Shown here: positions 24,588-37,520 of the stretch, piece by piece
Numbering within the stretch: position 1 is the stretch's first letter
Layout: each line of letters begins with the position of its first letter
Source: Gekko japonicus
Taxonomy: Eukaryota
Reading direction: 5' to 3'
Length of the DNA: 64,000 nucleotides
Assembly: GCF_001447785.1 (NCBI RefSeq)
Contig: NW_015164181.1
Coordinates: 3,792,374-3,856,373 of the forward strand
Position numbers and translations under genes: made by a program
Notes under the pieces: generated by a model
Told to the model about the DNA's origin: nothing
Database searches by the model: none
The model's input: the letters and a program-made list of their open reading frames with translations, nothing else

Positions 24588-25297
24588 GACGGGACTGACC
24601 TGAGACTACGTGCTATTGAAGATTAGGTGTTTACATAAGCTCAGGCAGCACAGCTACAGCCCTAAGGATGGTAGAAAGTGTTGACAAGTTGCAGATGAAC
24701 AGAGGTGGTTTGCTGTTGCTGTGTAGCAACCCTGGACTTCCATGGTGGTCTCCCATCCAAGACCTAAATAGGACCGTCCCTGCTTAGCTTCTGAGATCTG
24801 GCTAGATTGGTCTCGCCTGGGCCATCCAGCTCAGGGCTCTAGCTTTAATAGTGTGTGGTAATTTGCGTTTATGCAGTGTGCATATGATCAGGCCACAAAA
24901 TGCCTTGTCTCCTCATTTAGCACGGGTGGGCTATTCCGGCAGCAGTACCTTTTTCTAAGACCAATGCCAAAACATAATCCTCTAACATCGTCTTGCAGAA
25001 TCCCTTCACAGTCCTGTATCTGTTGCTGTTTGCCTGAATGTCTTTGAAGAGGTGATCAATAAAACATCCACTTAGCCTTGACTGTGATCTGTTTGCTTGA
25101 AAATACCTATTGCCTAACTCAGCTAATGAATTTTAGGCTGGATTAACCACCATGTTGGGGCAGTGGCCTCTGAATTGCCAACAGCTTTTAAACGTATGCA
25201 GGTATTTGTAAAGTGTTTCAAAATGAAAATGCTCTGTAGAGATACTAAGGTTCCGCATTGATTTGCTTGTTCCTACCTTTGCCTGTGCAGGTGGAAA

Positions 25298-26549
25298 ATG
25301 GCCGCTGCCAGGGACCAGCTGCAGCTCAGATTAATAACTGACTACCCTGAAGATGTCATAAATGTAGGGAAAATAACGTTTGGTGAAAAACAAAGAGACG
25401 TGAAGGAGAGGGGTAAAGAGATTGGAGCAAAGGTTCGGGAGCAGAACAAGAAGGAGAAGTCCAAAAAATCCAACAAGGATATTGAAAAAGAAATAAGCGA
25501 ATTAAAAAAGGAGCTAGAAGAGAAACTAGGAATTCAAAACACTAATCTCACCCAAGCAGCCTGTGCCCTGCTCAACTCAGGGGGAGGCGTGATAAGAGCT
25601 GAAATTGAGAATGAAGGCTATTCCTATAAGCAACACGGGTTTGGACTGGACATAGGGAAGTCCTTTCGGGAGTGTGTTCAATCTGATTCCTTTTCTAAAT
25701 ATTTTGACATAGTCCAGGAAGGTTCTTGCTTGCATATCTGGGTCAAAACATGGAGTACCGAGAGCATATCGCAACCTGCAGTAATATCAAAGGCTCGCCT
25801 TTGTTGCCTGGATACTGGGCTGCTTCAGCGATCCGTCACCTCAGCTGTGAAAATGAAACCTTTGGAGGCTCTGGATTTTCTGAAAGTGAAGCAAGCTTCT
25901 GCTAAGAAAGATCCTGCAGAGATGGCAGGGCTGATTCGGAAGAGGGCTTCTCTTTGGGACGACATACAGCATTCAAGAGGAGCCGGCATGCAGGTGGAAG
26001 AAGATATTCTCAAGGCCGCTGCTCGGTTTTTTGAACGAGACTGGCTAGAATATGAAGAGTTCCTGGATTTCACTGAGTCAACAGAGGTTGAGTTCAAGGG
26101 ATTCCCGTATTTGGCTAAGTCAGCAGAGGTTGAGTTTACGGCTGAGAACATCCTGGAATTTGTTAGAGCCAAGCTGCCCAACTACATCTCTGCTTTTGCA
26201 AACACCAAAGGGGGATACTTAATTTTTGGCGTGGGTGATGATCGGAAGGTTATTGGATACGAAGTAAACTTACAGCCAGATCAACTGAAAATCGAAGTGC
26301 AGGAAACCATTGATAAGTTGCCCCACTTCCATTTCTGTGCTTCTTTAGAGAAAGTCGCAGCTGAATGTAAAATCATGCCTGTTTATGAAACGAATGGAAC
26401 AAAGCATGGCTGTGTCCTTGCTGTGAAGCTTGAGCCATTTTGCTGTGTTGTTTTTGCGGCAGCTCCTGATTCTTGGATTGTGAAGGACCACCATGTAAAG
26501 AAATTGCGAGTTGATGAATGGATTGAACTGATGACAGCAGAAGACCCAG
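25298..26549 (+). CDS. SLFN: Group III Schlafen (SLFN11/13-like), coding exon 1: AlbA_2/Slfn RNase core
   Basis: Acceptor GTGCAG|G at 25291. Motifs AACALLNSGGGVI, ESTEVEFK, YISAFANTKGGYLIFGV, HFC...FCC zinc ligands, PDSW. Donor G|GTCCTC at 26550 placed by homology and phase. Confidence 0.93.
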
Positions 26550-27350
26550 GTCCTCTTACAGTGATGAGGCTTGTAGAGTTTAATGTGCAGTTTATTTGTA
26601 TGCTGGATGTCTATGAGTCTCCCTGCTTCCATATTGATTAACCCTTTCTCTCTGGAAGAGATTTGTTTGCGGTCGCGCAGAAAGGGCCAGGGCATAGAAA
26701 AGAAAGACCTTTTTTCTTTAACAGTTCTGCGTGAAACCCTGTATGGTCAAGAAAGCATCCCAGTCCTGGTCCAAATCCATTCTCAGAAATCATGAGTAAA
26801 AGGGAATTTTGTTAACCATTTCATTCATGTTCCAGTGGAGATGCAGGCTTAGGTTGTAACACATCCCTGATGTGGGAGAATAGAGCTACACTCCAGTTTG
26901 AAACCCTCCTCCCCCACTGACGCCTTTAACCCTGTAAAGGATTCTCTCTCATTTCCTTGCCAAGCTTCACAGCACAGTTTGACCGGGAAAGAGAAGCAAC
27001 ACAGGAAGGGGGGAGGGGTCGGTCCAGGCCATGGGAGGCATGGTGTGAACACTCTGCACTGTTGAACAAGCCTGCTAGAGGAGGGAGTGCAGCTGAGTGG
27101 AGCTGCTGAGTTCAGGAAGCAGTCTCCTAACTGGATGGTGTTCGGGCAAATGGGGTTCCCATGTTGCACAGATAAGGAAAGGAGGGGAGCCTTTGGGTAG
27201 ACAGGAGATGAGTTTGATGCAAATTAAAAGAAGAGGAATTATACAGATAGAGTCATATGATGGAGAAACAAACTTCATTCACTGCTGTTGCTCTTGTTAG
27301 GAAGGAATATAGTAGGATACCAGAGCCTTGTGCCAAAAAGCATGTAGCTT

Positions 27351-27572
27351 AGGGGAGGGGCTGTGGCTCAGTGGAAGAGCTTCCGCTTTGCAAGTGGAAG
27401 ATCCAGGTTCAAATCTCTGACATCCCCAGTTAAAAGGATTGGGCGATACGGGATGCTGAAGACCTCTGCCTGAAACTCTAGAGACTAGAGCTGCTGCCAG
27501 TCTGAGTAGACAATACTGACCTGGATGGCCCAATGGTCTCATTCAGCATAAGGCAGCTTTGTGTGTGTTTCA
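27351..27572 (+). mobile_element. tRNA-derived SINE (Squam2-like)
   Basis: GGCTCAGTGG..GGTTCAAATC head and GCTGCCAGTCTGAGTAGACAATACTGAC body. Other copies near 10915, 18686, 42868 and 55495. Confidence 0.7.
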
Positions 27573-27991
27573 TGAGTGAACTAAGATACTTTGAACTAAG
27601 GTCCTAAAATGTTTCTCTGAGTGCTTGGGTCAAAATCTCTTTGTGCTTTCATTTGTGGCATCAGGGTTGTAGTGTTGTCAGGCTGGGTGTCTCCAGTCCT
27701 GTCCTGTCTTTTGCCACAACTCTTATTTTTGTACTGCAGAAGCCCTTGTTTCAAGGGCCCTATATGAATGGCAGAGGCAAGTTGGCCACAGACAGGCCTG
27801 CAGAATGGATGCTTGATGGTAGCAGGCAGTGCCCCATCCCAGACTTTGGGAAACTAACAAGGAAAACTAGAGGTGTAGATTTGCACTCATTGGCCATGGT
27901 ATTTCAGAGTGAGTCAAACACTTGTGTCTATGATTGGGTGAGATGTTTGTCTTAACATGAACAGAGTTTTTATTTTTCCTTTATTTCCTAG

Positions 27992-28120
27992 ATCTTTCCC
28001 ACTTTGATCAAGGCTTCCAGATTGAATTGAGTAGGTCCTGTAAGCCTCCACTCACTAAATCGGTATATTCTGCTAAAGGCCTCAGCTGTTTGAAGGATCT
28101 TCAAAGCACTCTATGCCCTG
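27992..28120 (+). CDS. SLFN: Schlafen coding exon 2 (129 nt)
   Basis: TTTCCTAG|AT...CCTG|GTGGGT; encodes DLSHFDQGFQIELSRSCKPPLTKSVYSAKGLSCLKDLQSTLCP; phase 1/1; paralogous exon at 58930. Absent from the ORF track. Confidence 0.9.
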
Positions 28121-29094
28121 GTGGGTTTCCGTGTTGATTCTGTAATATCAAACACAGGGGTTGTGTCAATTGGTGAGACGGTTATATCACATCCTGCTTT
28201 TATTCTGTACAAAACAGCCTGTTTCAAGAGTGGGTAAGAGCATTAATAATGGCACCATTTTAAAATGGCATTTTACACACAGGGAGGTATGTGAGAGACA
28301 TATGGCCAAACAGCTAGCTAGCAATAAAAATCCACATTTCTGCATGGCTTTTGGTTTACTGTCCACAGGCCATCAGTAGGGTTGTCTCCTCCTGGAAAGA
28401 ACATTTCTATTCAGGATGAAATCCAGAAGGGGCCCAGGAGTCTTGGGCTGATCTGAGGCAGGATCTTAGTTATTTGGAAAAGGTATTGGGGCACTGTACA
28501 ACATTTGCCAGACTATTTTACTGGTTAGTCAGCAAACATCTCCATGATGCCCCCCAAGGCATTCTTGCATATTCTGTGCCTACTTGTCAAAATCTCACAT
28601 TAAAGGGTATGTTTTGCGAAACTATTGATATGACTGCTGGGGGTATGGAACGTGCCATGTGACTGTTGTCCTCATCCTTTGCCAATACCCTTCCCCCCCC
28701 CCCCCCCCCCCCCGCGATATTTCATTGGCTTTTGTGTATTTATAAAAACACAGTGGAAAGGGGAGGAAGACTTCAAGCATTCTGGCACCTGCAATTTTGT
28801 ATGAAAATGTCTTCCTCTTTGAGGTACTAGAATTCTGTTTACAGCAATAAACCGCCATTCTGCTGTATATTAGTATGTGTAGACTGACCTGTTATTGAAG
28901 GCTGAGACAATTGTTTTAAAGCACCTTAACCTGTGTATGGATTATGTATGTGTTCCTCCACCACTGAAAGGTTGAAAGAACAGAACAGGTCAGTTCTGAA
29001 GCCTGTCACCTTTCTTTTTGGCTCTTAGATTCCAACACATACAATTCTCCCCTCCCCAACTGCCTAAGCTCTTAACTGGAGGAATTTGTTCATC

Positions 29095-29096
<2 letters not shown>

Positions 29097-29152
<56 letters not shown>
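29097..29152. repeat. (CT)n microsatellite
   Basis: Pure CT run. Confidence 0.95.
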
Positions 29153-29155
<3 letters not shown>

Positions 29156-29399
29156 TTCTCTCCTTTCTCTCCAGTAACTCTCTTAGTTTTATGTGTCCTC
29201 TCGTGATGCTAAGTCCTCCCTGCTACAAGCACAAATGTGTGAAGTCTTTTTTACTGTTTGCTAAATTTTGCCGCCTCTTTGTGCCGTGGATGCTATTCTC
29301 TGTTGCCTTCCTCCCCAGTCCACTAAGCTTGCAGTAACTTCAATAGTGTCTTAAGGATTATTCTTATCATTTTAAAATAAAATATTCTCAAATTTCTAG

Positions 29400-30138
29400 G
29401 AGATTCAAATGGGATAATTTATAAATCAGAAGAACTCTGTGCAGAACTCTTTTCTGAGTATCTGGGACTGAAGAACATTATGAACAAGAAGATGAAGGAG
29501 CTACAATTTTCTAAGGGAGTCCTGGTTTTTTCAAGAAGCTGGGCTGTTGATGTTGGGCTGCGGCAACATCCATGTGTCGCCTGTGATATCCTCTTAGTAG
29601 CCACAGACACAGTTCCAGTGCTATACACAATTATTGTGGATAAGAATTATTCTGACTCTTCAACAATCCCTGTGTTGCAATATTCAAGGAATGTTGCCCG
29701 TATATTAAAGCAGAAACTGGTGAATGAAGGGGGGTATACTCGGAAAGTATGTGTGGTTCCACATGTCATTGAACTTGGATCCAATGGAGAGGTAAAGACA
29801 GATCTGAGTTTGCCAGTCCCATACCCTCTCACCTATGTGGTCTCCAGGGAAGATTTAGAAGAACTGACGCAAGCCCTTGCGATTGTCTTGCTAAGGTTTA
29901 GGTCTTCCTTAAGTGACCAGCTTGGCTGTGAATTTTTCAACCTTCTCACCACTAAGCAGCATGAGATCCTAACGAAGAATCTCCATAAGAGCAAGAAGCT
30001 GTTTGTCTATGGCCTTCCAGGATCAGGGAAGACTGTCGTGGCCTTACAGATCATACAGAAAATGAAAAATGTATTTCACTGCAGCTCTGACGAGATCCTT
30101 TACATTTGTGAAAACAGACCGCTGTGTGAGACTGTGAG
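29400..30138 (+). CDS. SLFN: Schlafen coding exon 3: SWAVD linker and Walker A
   Basis: TTTCTAG|G acceptor; [38 protein letters not shown]; donor AG|GTAAGT at 30139. Confidence 0.94.
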
Positions 30139-31266
30139 GTAAGTGTTTTGCAAGGCAGTCTGTAGAAACATCCATGTCCCACATCCCTTCAGTTGTCACA
30201 GGAATGGCTGAGGCCAGGAATTGGGGACAAAGAATGGCAGCTGTTGTGTGATACAAGGTGTGTACTGGTAGCAGAAATAATTGGTTTTGCAGGAAAAAAA
30301 ATAGTATATGCTGAAAGCACATCAAACCATTCCTGAAATTTAAGTTTCTGCAAGTTACTTGCAGGCAGTCTAGAGTGTTTTTAATTAGCTTTTGGCAAAT
30401 GGTGTCTGCAAATCACTTATTCAATGCTGATCAAGCTCAGAGGAAATGTTAGCTTTTAGATGGATTTGGCTCGTTGTTGCTGGAGAAAGACTAAATCCGA
30501 CACTGCAAGATAGTTCTTCTATTGGGTAGGCAGAGTGGGAATTAGATTACTGATCCACTTACGAAAACACACTGCCTAGCTTGCCCTCCTAGTCTGGGTA
30601 GCGAACAAGTTTTAATAAAGGAAAGATAGCAAGACACCCAGTAGTTTAATTAAAGAGGAGTTGACAAACCATATGAGAAATCTAGTGACTTCCAGTGAAC
30701 ATTTTGGCTAGTAAATTAGAATGCACATAACTTTCTACGTACATGCCTCCTAACTATCCAGCCAGGATACCTTGGGGAACCATTCCCCAGTATCTGGTGC
30801 TTTACCTTATGACTGTATTTTTCCTGTCTCATAATTTAATATTCCCCGATGCAGGCAGGCAGATGGGAGATGCCAAAATGGTTGCTGTAGTGTAAAGTTA
30901 GGATGCGTGGCCTAAAGAGTCTAGCAGTAGTTCTGTTTCCTATGAGATCCACTGATTACTTGTTATGTACAGAAATAACAGTGGCTGGGATCCAGACTAT
31001 CATTTTTGCAGGTGCAAGTCTTTCTGTCCACAAAGCATGATTATCTTGCCTCCCTTTCCCACAGCAGTTAGAAATGCCCCCCCCCCCCATCTGGTTCCTT
31101 GGGTCCCCTGTCCTCCCAAAACTGGATTGCAGTGGGCATTTGGGACTGCTACAGCAGGGAGAATGTAAGGAAGCCAGATTCTGTGAGTGGAAATCCTTGC
31201 ACCCCTGGAAATGCTAGTCTGATTCGGGCCAGTAAATAAACACCTAATTTTTCTTTTCTTTTCTAG

Positions 31267-32086
31267 AATGAAAAATATTTGCCAGGCTGTAACACGAGTC
31301 AGTTTTTTAAAAGGGAAATACACTCAATCAGTGAAGCACATCATAATTGATGAGGCCCAGAATTTCCAGTCCGAAGACGGTGATTGGTATGGGGAAGCTG
31401 TGAAAATTACACAAGCAGCTGCTCATAAGCCTGGCATTTTATGGATCTTCTTGGATTATTTACAAAAAACACACACATTTGATTGTGGGCTTCCTCCTCC
31501 CTATGCTCAGCAACCTCAGGAATGGTTAACTCTTGGGGTGCGGAATGCCACTGAAATTTTTGATGCCATGAAAGAACAAATGCATAACATACTGTGCAGT
31601 CCCAATGAACCTGGCATTCCTTATGAACAGTTAGAAGCTTTGGTAGAAGAAGCTCAGTGTGGTCACAGTCTAGGAGGTATTTTAGTTAAACCTAAGGTGA
31701 ATGATGAAAATGCAATAGCAGATTATATAGTAAGTAAGTGTCTTCAGTATTTCCGAGATGGTTATTCTGGAAAAAACATAGCTATTCTATGCAGTACTGC
31801 AATAGAAAGGAATAAATATCGACTCTTACTCAAGTCTAAAATGCCGAGACAGATGAGAAAATTAAAGTTGTCTGTAGACTTCACAGAAGCAGATGACGCA
31901 AAGGGGGACAGCATCGTTTTAGACAGTGTTCGCCGTTTTTCAGGCCTCGAAAGAAGTATTGTGTTTGGCATTTATCTACATTCTCAGTCAATGGATACTG
32001 TTGATAATATGTTACTCTGCATGATATCGAGGGCCAACTTGCACTGTCATTTGATGTTTGAGTATCCCAGCTGGAAGCTCCCATAA
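31267..32086 (+). CDS. SLFN: Schlafen coding exon 4: SF1 helicase-like domain
   Basis: TTCTAG|A acceptor; Walker B HIIIDEAQNF, GILWIFLDYLQ, LDSVRRFSGLE, SRA; stop TAA. Joined CDS is 2940 nt = 979 aa. Confidence 0.94.
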
Positions 32087-34825
32087 GTTTCTGTTTCCGC
32101 CCAAATTTTATAGGTTTATACAAACTGTAACCGAACTTTTAAATATAACCACTCTAAGCCAGGGGTCCCCATCATAGCATCCGTGTGCACCATGGTGCCT
32201 GCCAAGTGTTTTTAGAAAGTGAGTGGGTCTTTTTGAGTTTTTAATATTTATGGTATAATGCAGGCAGTGGCTTTGTGCAAAGTGCTTTACCTGTGCAACG
32301 AATGGAGTAATATTCTAAAAACACAATGAGATTTGATTTTGACTAAGTACAGCTGGAATGCATGGCTACAACTCTTGATGCACCTAACTGGAACTTGTAT
32401 TGAAATCATCAGCTCTTCCCAGTTTTAATGTTATTAACTTCTGTTTGAATTATAAAAATATAACAGCACTATAAAAAATCTTGTTCACTTTTCAGAAATC
32501 ATGTTCCTATCAAAATCTGCCCAGATTCTCTCTCTTGTAGTATATGTGTGCAAGGGAGTTCTCAGTAGCCCTTCAGCATCAGTTGTCATTCATATAAATA
32601 ATACTACAGGCTAAAAAATGGCTGGTGTCATGAGAATAGGGCTTATGTAGCCAGAAGTGTTTATTTCCTTTTGCACAAGCATGTTAGATGCCTGCAAAAT
32701 GAAGATAGATACTGCCAGGTGAGGGTTTCTTAGCTAGCTCAATATGTATACGTATTTTGTCTATATACAAGAAAATATTTTTCAACAATAAAGGGCATTC
32801 CATGAAACAGACTTCTGCCTGAAATGCTGAAGACCTACTGTAACAGTTATGCATAATCTCATTCCCTGATATTTCATGGTTGGCTCTGCCTCCCATGGCA
32901 GCCATTTTGGCTGTTGTCCCTTCTAAGATGTCATCTGCTGTCTACAGTTAATAAGGTTAAGCATGGTATTACAAGCATGCTTCTCTTGAAAGATAATCTT
33001 GGTTTTAAGAATACTAACCCTGAGTCAGAAGTGGGTTTTCCTGTGGTACCAGTGAGGGTTTCTTCTTCACAACAGGGGTGCTTTGTGTGATGTTGTGGCT
33101 AAAGTTGACCATGTAGCCCAGTGCCACTAGCCCTGCAACTGCAGCTTGTCAAAGCAAGAAATCTGAACTCCGCTACCTTATCCTGGCTCCTGAACTGAAA
33201 TGTTATACATGCCATCATGGGAACAAATTACTTTAATTTTGTTGTACTGCTGATTTATTACTGTTATAATAGCCTGTTTTATAGCTGTTTGTAAGTAGCC
33301 GTCAGTGTTACAGAAAGGTGGAATATAAAAATTAGCAGCAGAATACAGTTTATAAGTGTGTAAAACAAAGACCAAAGAAGTAATAAATCCTCTTGATCCG
33401 TTTTCCGAGCTGTATTTAGATATACTTTGTGAGTCTTCTATCTGTAACATCTCTGTGTTTGATGTAACTTTATAGGACCAACAATTCATAATAAATTACC
33501 AATCAGTCAGTTGTCTGCATTGTGTCTGCTGCCAAGCATATGAGCACCTGGGAGACCTATTGTGCAGTGCTGGGATGCTCTCCCTTTAAGAACCAATCTG
33601 CCACTATACACAAGCCGCCACAATCTCACAGACATGAATAGGTATAATGGAGCTCTGTGATGTATATTCAACAAAGTGGTAAATTCTCGCAGTGCTCTAA
33701 GTAGAAATGCTGCTTTTTCATATATGTGTATTTTACAAACCCCTACCTGTCTCCAGATCCATGCTTGTTTCTCTTTGACATTTCTCCCATGCTGAAGAGC
33801 AAACAACAAATTCCAATAACTAAAAAATAAGTCTCTAGCCCTCATAGTAAACCCCCTAGAAATAACAGGCAATCTGCCTCTGAATTCTGGCTCCTGGGGC
33901 CAAACAAGAGGAAAGGGCAGTTGCCTTCACATCCTCTGGATTTTCCCGAAGCATCTGACTAACCATAGCTAAAAACAAGATGCTGGACTAGCTTGACCTT
34001 TGTTGTGATCCAGCAAGACCATTCTCATGTCTTTGTATAAAATTCATTGCCAAAGTACACAGTGATTGCCTTTAAGCTACGTGGAGTTAAAGGGGATTAA
34101 CTAAATTCATGGAGAAGAGGTCTGTCAATGGCCATGAGAGCTAAATGGAGCCTCCATGTTTTGACGCAGTATACCACCGAATGCCAAGCTGCTTCAGACA
34201 AATAGCTGGGGGGATATTCTGCTTTAATACCTCACTTATGGGTTTCACAGGAGCACCCTGCATGTCATTTGTGGGAACAGCATGCTGGATCAGATGGGCC
34301 TTTTAGCTCTGAGCTTGCAAAATGGTTCTTCTTTAATGCACAAAGTGCACACACTATTTCTATGATCCGCTTTATTCTCTTCCCACCTGCTATCTGCCCT
34401 ACCCAAGAAGTCTTTTTCTAACCTTCCTCACCAGTGATGCTGTATGACACCATCTTGTTCTTGCATCCAAAGCTTAGCCAACTTACACCCTCTCTCATCT
34501 GGTGGTGGTGGGGGGAAGACTAACTGAAAGGACTATTTTGAAGGACGGTTATATTCTATTGTTGCTTCAGTTCTCTCCAAAATGGAGTAATAATGCTGGG
34601 CTACATTGATAGGTCATAAGCTATGTTCTTAGCCTCATTCCCCCACAAACTGCCATACAGGGAATAATAGTAGACTACATCGTAAGCCTTCTGTAAATCA
34701 CTCTTCCTTAGCCTGCAATATGAAAACATTACAGGGTTGTTATAATCCACTCTTAGCCTACAACAACATCCCTCTTATATACAACTTAAGGGTAACATTG
34801 GACTTCACTGCAGGGGTGTCATAAG

Positions 34826-35026
34826 CAGTGTTCCCCCTAAGGTGAGTTAGTGTGAGCTAGCTCACAGGTTTTTAGCCTCTGGCTCACACATTTTTGTGTT
34901 TGCTCAGGAAGCTCCAGAGCAAACTAATTTATGCAGCAGCCAAATCGCCCGCTCACAACTTTAATGCCGGTAGCTCACAAAGTAGCATTTTTGCTCACAA
35001 GGCTCTGCAGCTTAGAGGGAACATTG
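34826..35026 (+). mobile_element. hAT-type MITE
   Basis: Same family as 19514; TSD degenerate. Confidence 0.75.
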
Positions 35027-36870
35027 GATAAGACACTCTCACAGTATGGTGGGGAAAATATGGGGTACTTTATTTGTCTGCTGCTTGCAATTGTCAAAGG
35101 TGGCAACCATGGCTAACTTATACAAATTTACAGAGAACTAAATTTTCCTGGGGTGTATGTGCTTTTTATCCCAAAAGAACTGAAATCTCAGCAAGAAGAG
35201 AAGTCGCTGATGGCTTTTCAGGCCCAGATTTTTCAGGTTTGTGAAACTACTACTGGGCTGAATCTGCAGAGCTGATGTGAACTCCTGAGGTCCCCCCCCC
35301 CTTTTTTTTGTTGTTAAAACTGTAAGCATGGAGGCTTTTTGACAGGAGTGACATTATCCCCGCCACCCTCAGAAATACCTTCTTGGCCATTCTGGGTAAC
35401 AAGTTTTCATTTAGACTAACCAAAATATCACTAAGGGAAAAGCATCATGATTTTTAAAAAAATTAGAGTATTCTCGTTTTAAAAAAAAATAAATTGCACT
35501 ATATTGTTTTTGGAATTTTTCTGTGGCTCAGTGTGCTCCCCTGAATATTCATAAACTCCTGAGGTAATTTTTTTTTTTTTTAACTAGCCTTTGAGGTCTT
35601 GTCTAAAGGACAGCTGACAGGATTTGTGTGTGGTTGCCTTTAGAAACACACCTCCTTGGCTGCTCTTAGCCAACGGTTGTGAGAGTTCGTTGCTTGAATA
35701 GACGCTGCGAGTTCTTCGCCCAGGTCTAATTTATTTTTATTTATTTAAATGCTTATAATAACCCCCAAACAACTGAAAGCAGGTGTAATATATTCAAACA
35801 GGAAGAGCAAGGAATCACATCGGCTTCAGCAAACCAAGTGGAAGAAGTTTCCAGAACTCCCTGGTATTTTGCTAGATGGCTCACAAGAGGTCTCCTGCTG
35901 TCATGAAGTAAAGCCACCCTGAGCTTTATCACAACAGGGTGTCTTGGGCAGACAAGCCGCTTCGGAGAGTTGTCCTTCCATGCCATCTTCTGTCCATTTG
36001 GTGGAACTTACATGCCATTTGTGCGTAAAACTGAATGGTTGACCTTTAAGGTCTCAAAAACGAGGGAAGAGGGAAGAAGGTTCTAGAACCCGCCTGCTTC
36101 TGTTGCGGGCTAATTAATTCTGTTTTCAGTTCCTGTTTTATCCAGTTAACAACATCTGAGTAAAAGAATCTGCCGTCAGATACTGGGTGTGGAGAAGACC
36201 AGACTTGGTTTTGTGGGTTGGACTTCCTAATTTACCCCATTCTTTCCTCAGCTTGCCATCTCATACCTTAGAGCAGAGGCTGAATAGCATACTGCTCCCA
36301 AATGGCCACTGTTGCTAGGCAAGGTCAGTGCGGTGTAGTGGTTAAGAGTGTTAGAAGACCCAGGTTCAAATCCCCACTCTTGGCAAGGAAGCTTGCTGGG
36401 TGACCTTGGGCCAATCATACTCTTTCAGCCTAACCTACCTCACAGGGATGTTATGCGGATACAACGGAGAGCGATGTAAGCCACTTTGGGTCCCCACTGG
36501 GAGAAAAGCGGAGCATAAACTAATCGAATAAATAAATACAATTGTGAGGATGATCTTCGGAGTTTGGTTCCTCTGTGAAGTGCTGTCCCTTTCACAGCAC
36601 TTCAGAAAAAGTCATGGATTCATAAAGAACCTGGAAGTCTAGACAGCAGGGAAAGGAGCTTTTTAAATGACTGCTCCCTGGTTACCCTGCCTCCTTGTGA
36701 ATAGCAAGGGTGGGATTGTACCTCTTCTAAGACACACGGGACCAAAGGGCCACAGTTACACACTGCCCCATTTTCACCCTGCCAATTGCATTACACAGCA
36801 TGGGGGGAGCCACTTCTCTAGACATTGCTCTATGCTATTTCTGGGCATCTGTTACCTCACATGTGGCAAC

Positions 36871-37075
36871 CAATGTTCCCTCCAAGCTGTGGAGTCTTGT
36901 GAGCAAAAGTTCTCCTTTGTGAGCTACTGGCATTAAAGTTGTGAGCAAGCAATTTGGCTACTGCATAAATTACTTTGCCATGGAGCCATCCTTCCTGAGC
37001 TAAGACAAAAAGTGTGAGCCGGAGGCTAAAAAACTGTGAGCTAGCTCACACTAACTCCGCTTAGAGGGAACACTG
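36871..37075 (-). mobile_element. hAT-type MITE
   Basis: Inverted copy with 8-bp TSD GTGGCAAC. Confidence 0.85.
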
Positions 37076-37264
37076 GTGGCAACATCAAACTGAGAACTGG
37101 TGGTGTGGCTGCAAAGGCTGCTGGAGCTTTGATCAAGGTCCTCATTCCTTGTAGTCAAATAAACATTAGTATCAGCATTGTGCCCTGACCTGGACAGCCC
37201 AGGCTAGACCAATCTCAGCTGCTGAACAGGGTTAGCCCTGGTTAGTACTTGGATGGGAGATCAC

Positions 37265-37472
37265 TAGAGATGTGAAAGCCCGGAAAAAACCTGGAAAAAT
37301 TCGGAAAAAAACTGTTTTTTCCCCATTTTTTTTCCTGAAGCCTTTTTTTGTTTTTTTCCGAAAAATTTGAAAAATTGAAAAAAGAAAAGAAAAAAATTGA
37401 TTATGGAACATTTTATTTTAACATGATGAATAACATATTTTAAGACAAGGTGTTCAAATATTTTCCAAATCA

Positions 37473-37520
<48 letters not shown>

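Noticed and set aside
37182-37264. 5S rRNA-like sequence
   Set aside because: Degenerate and fused to a SINE body; a 5S-derived SINE, not an rRNA gene.
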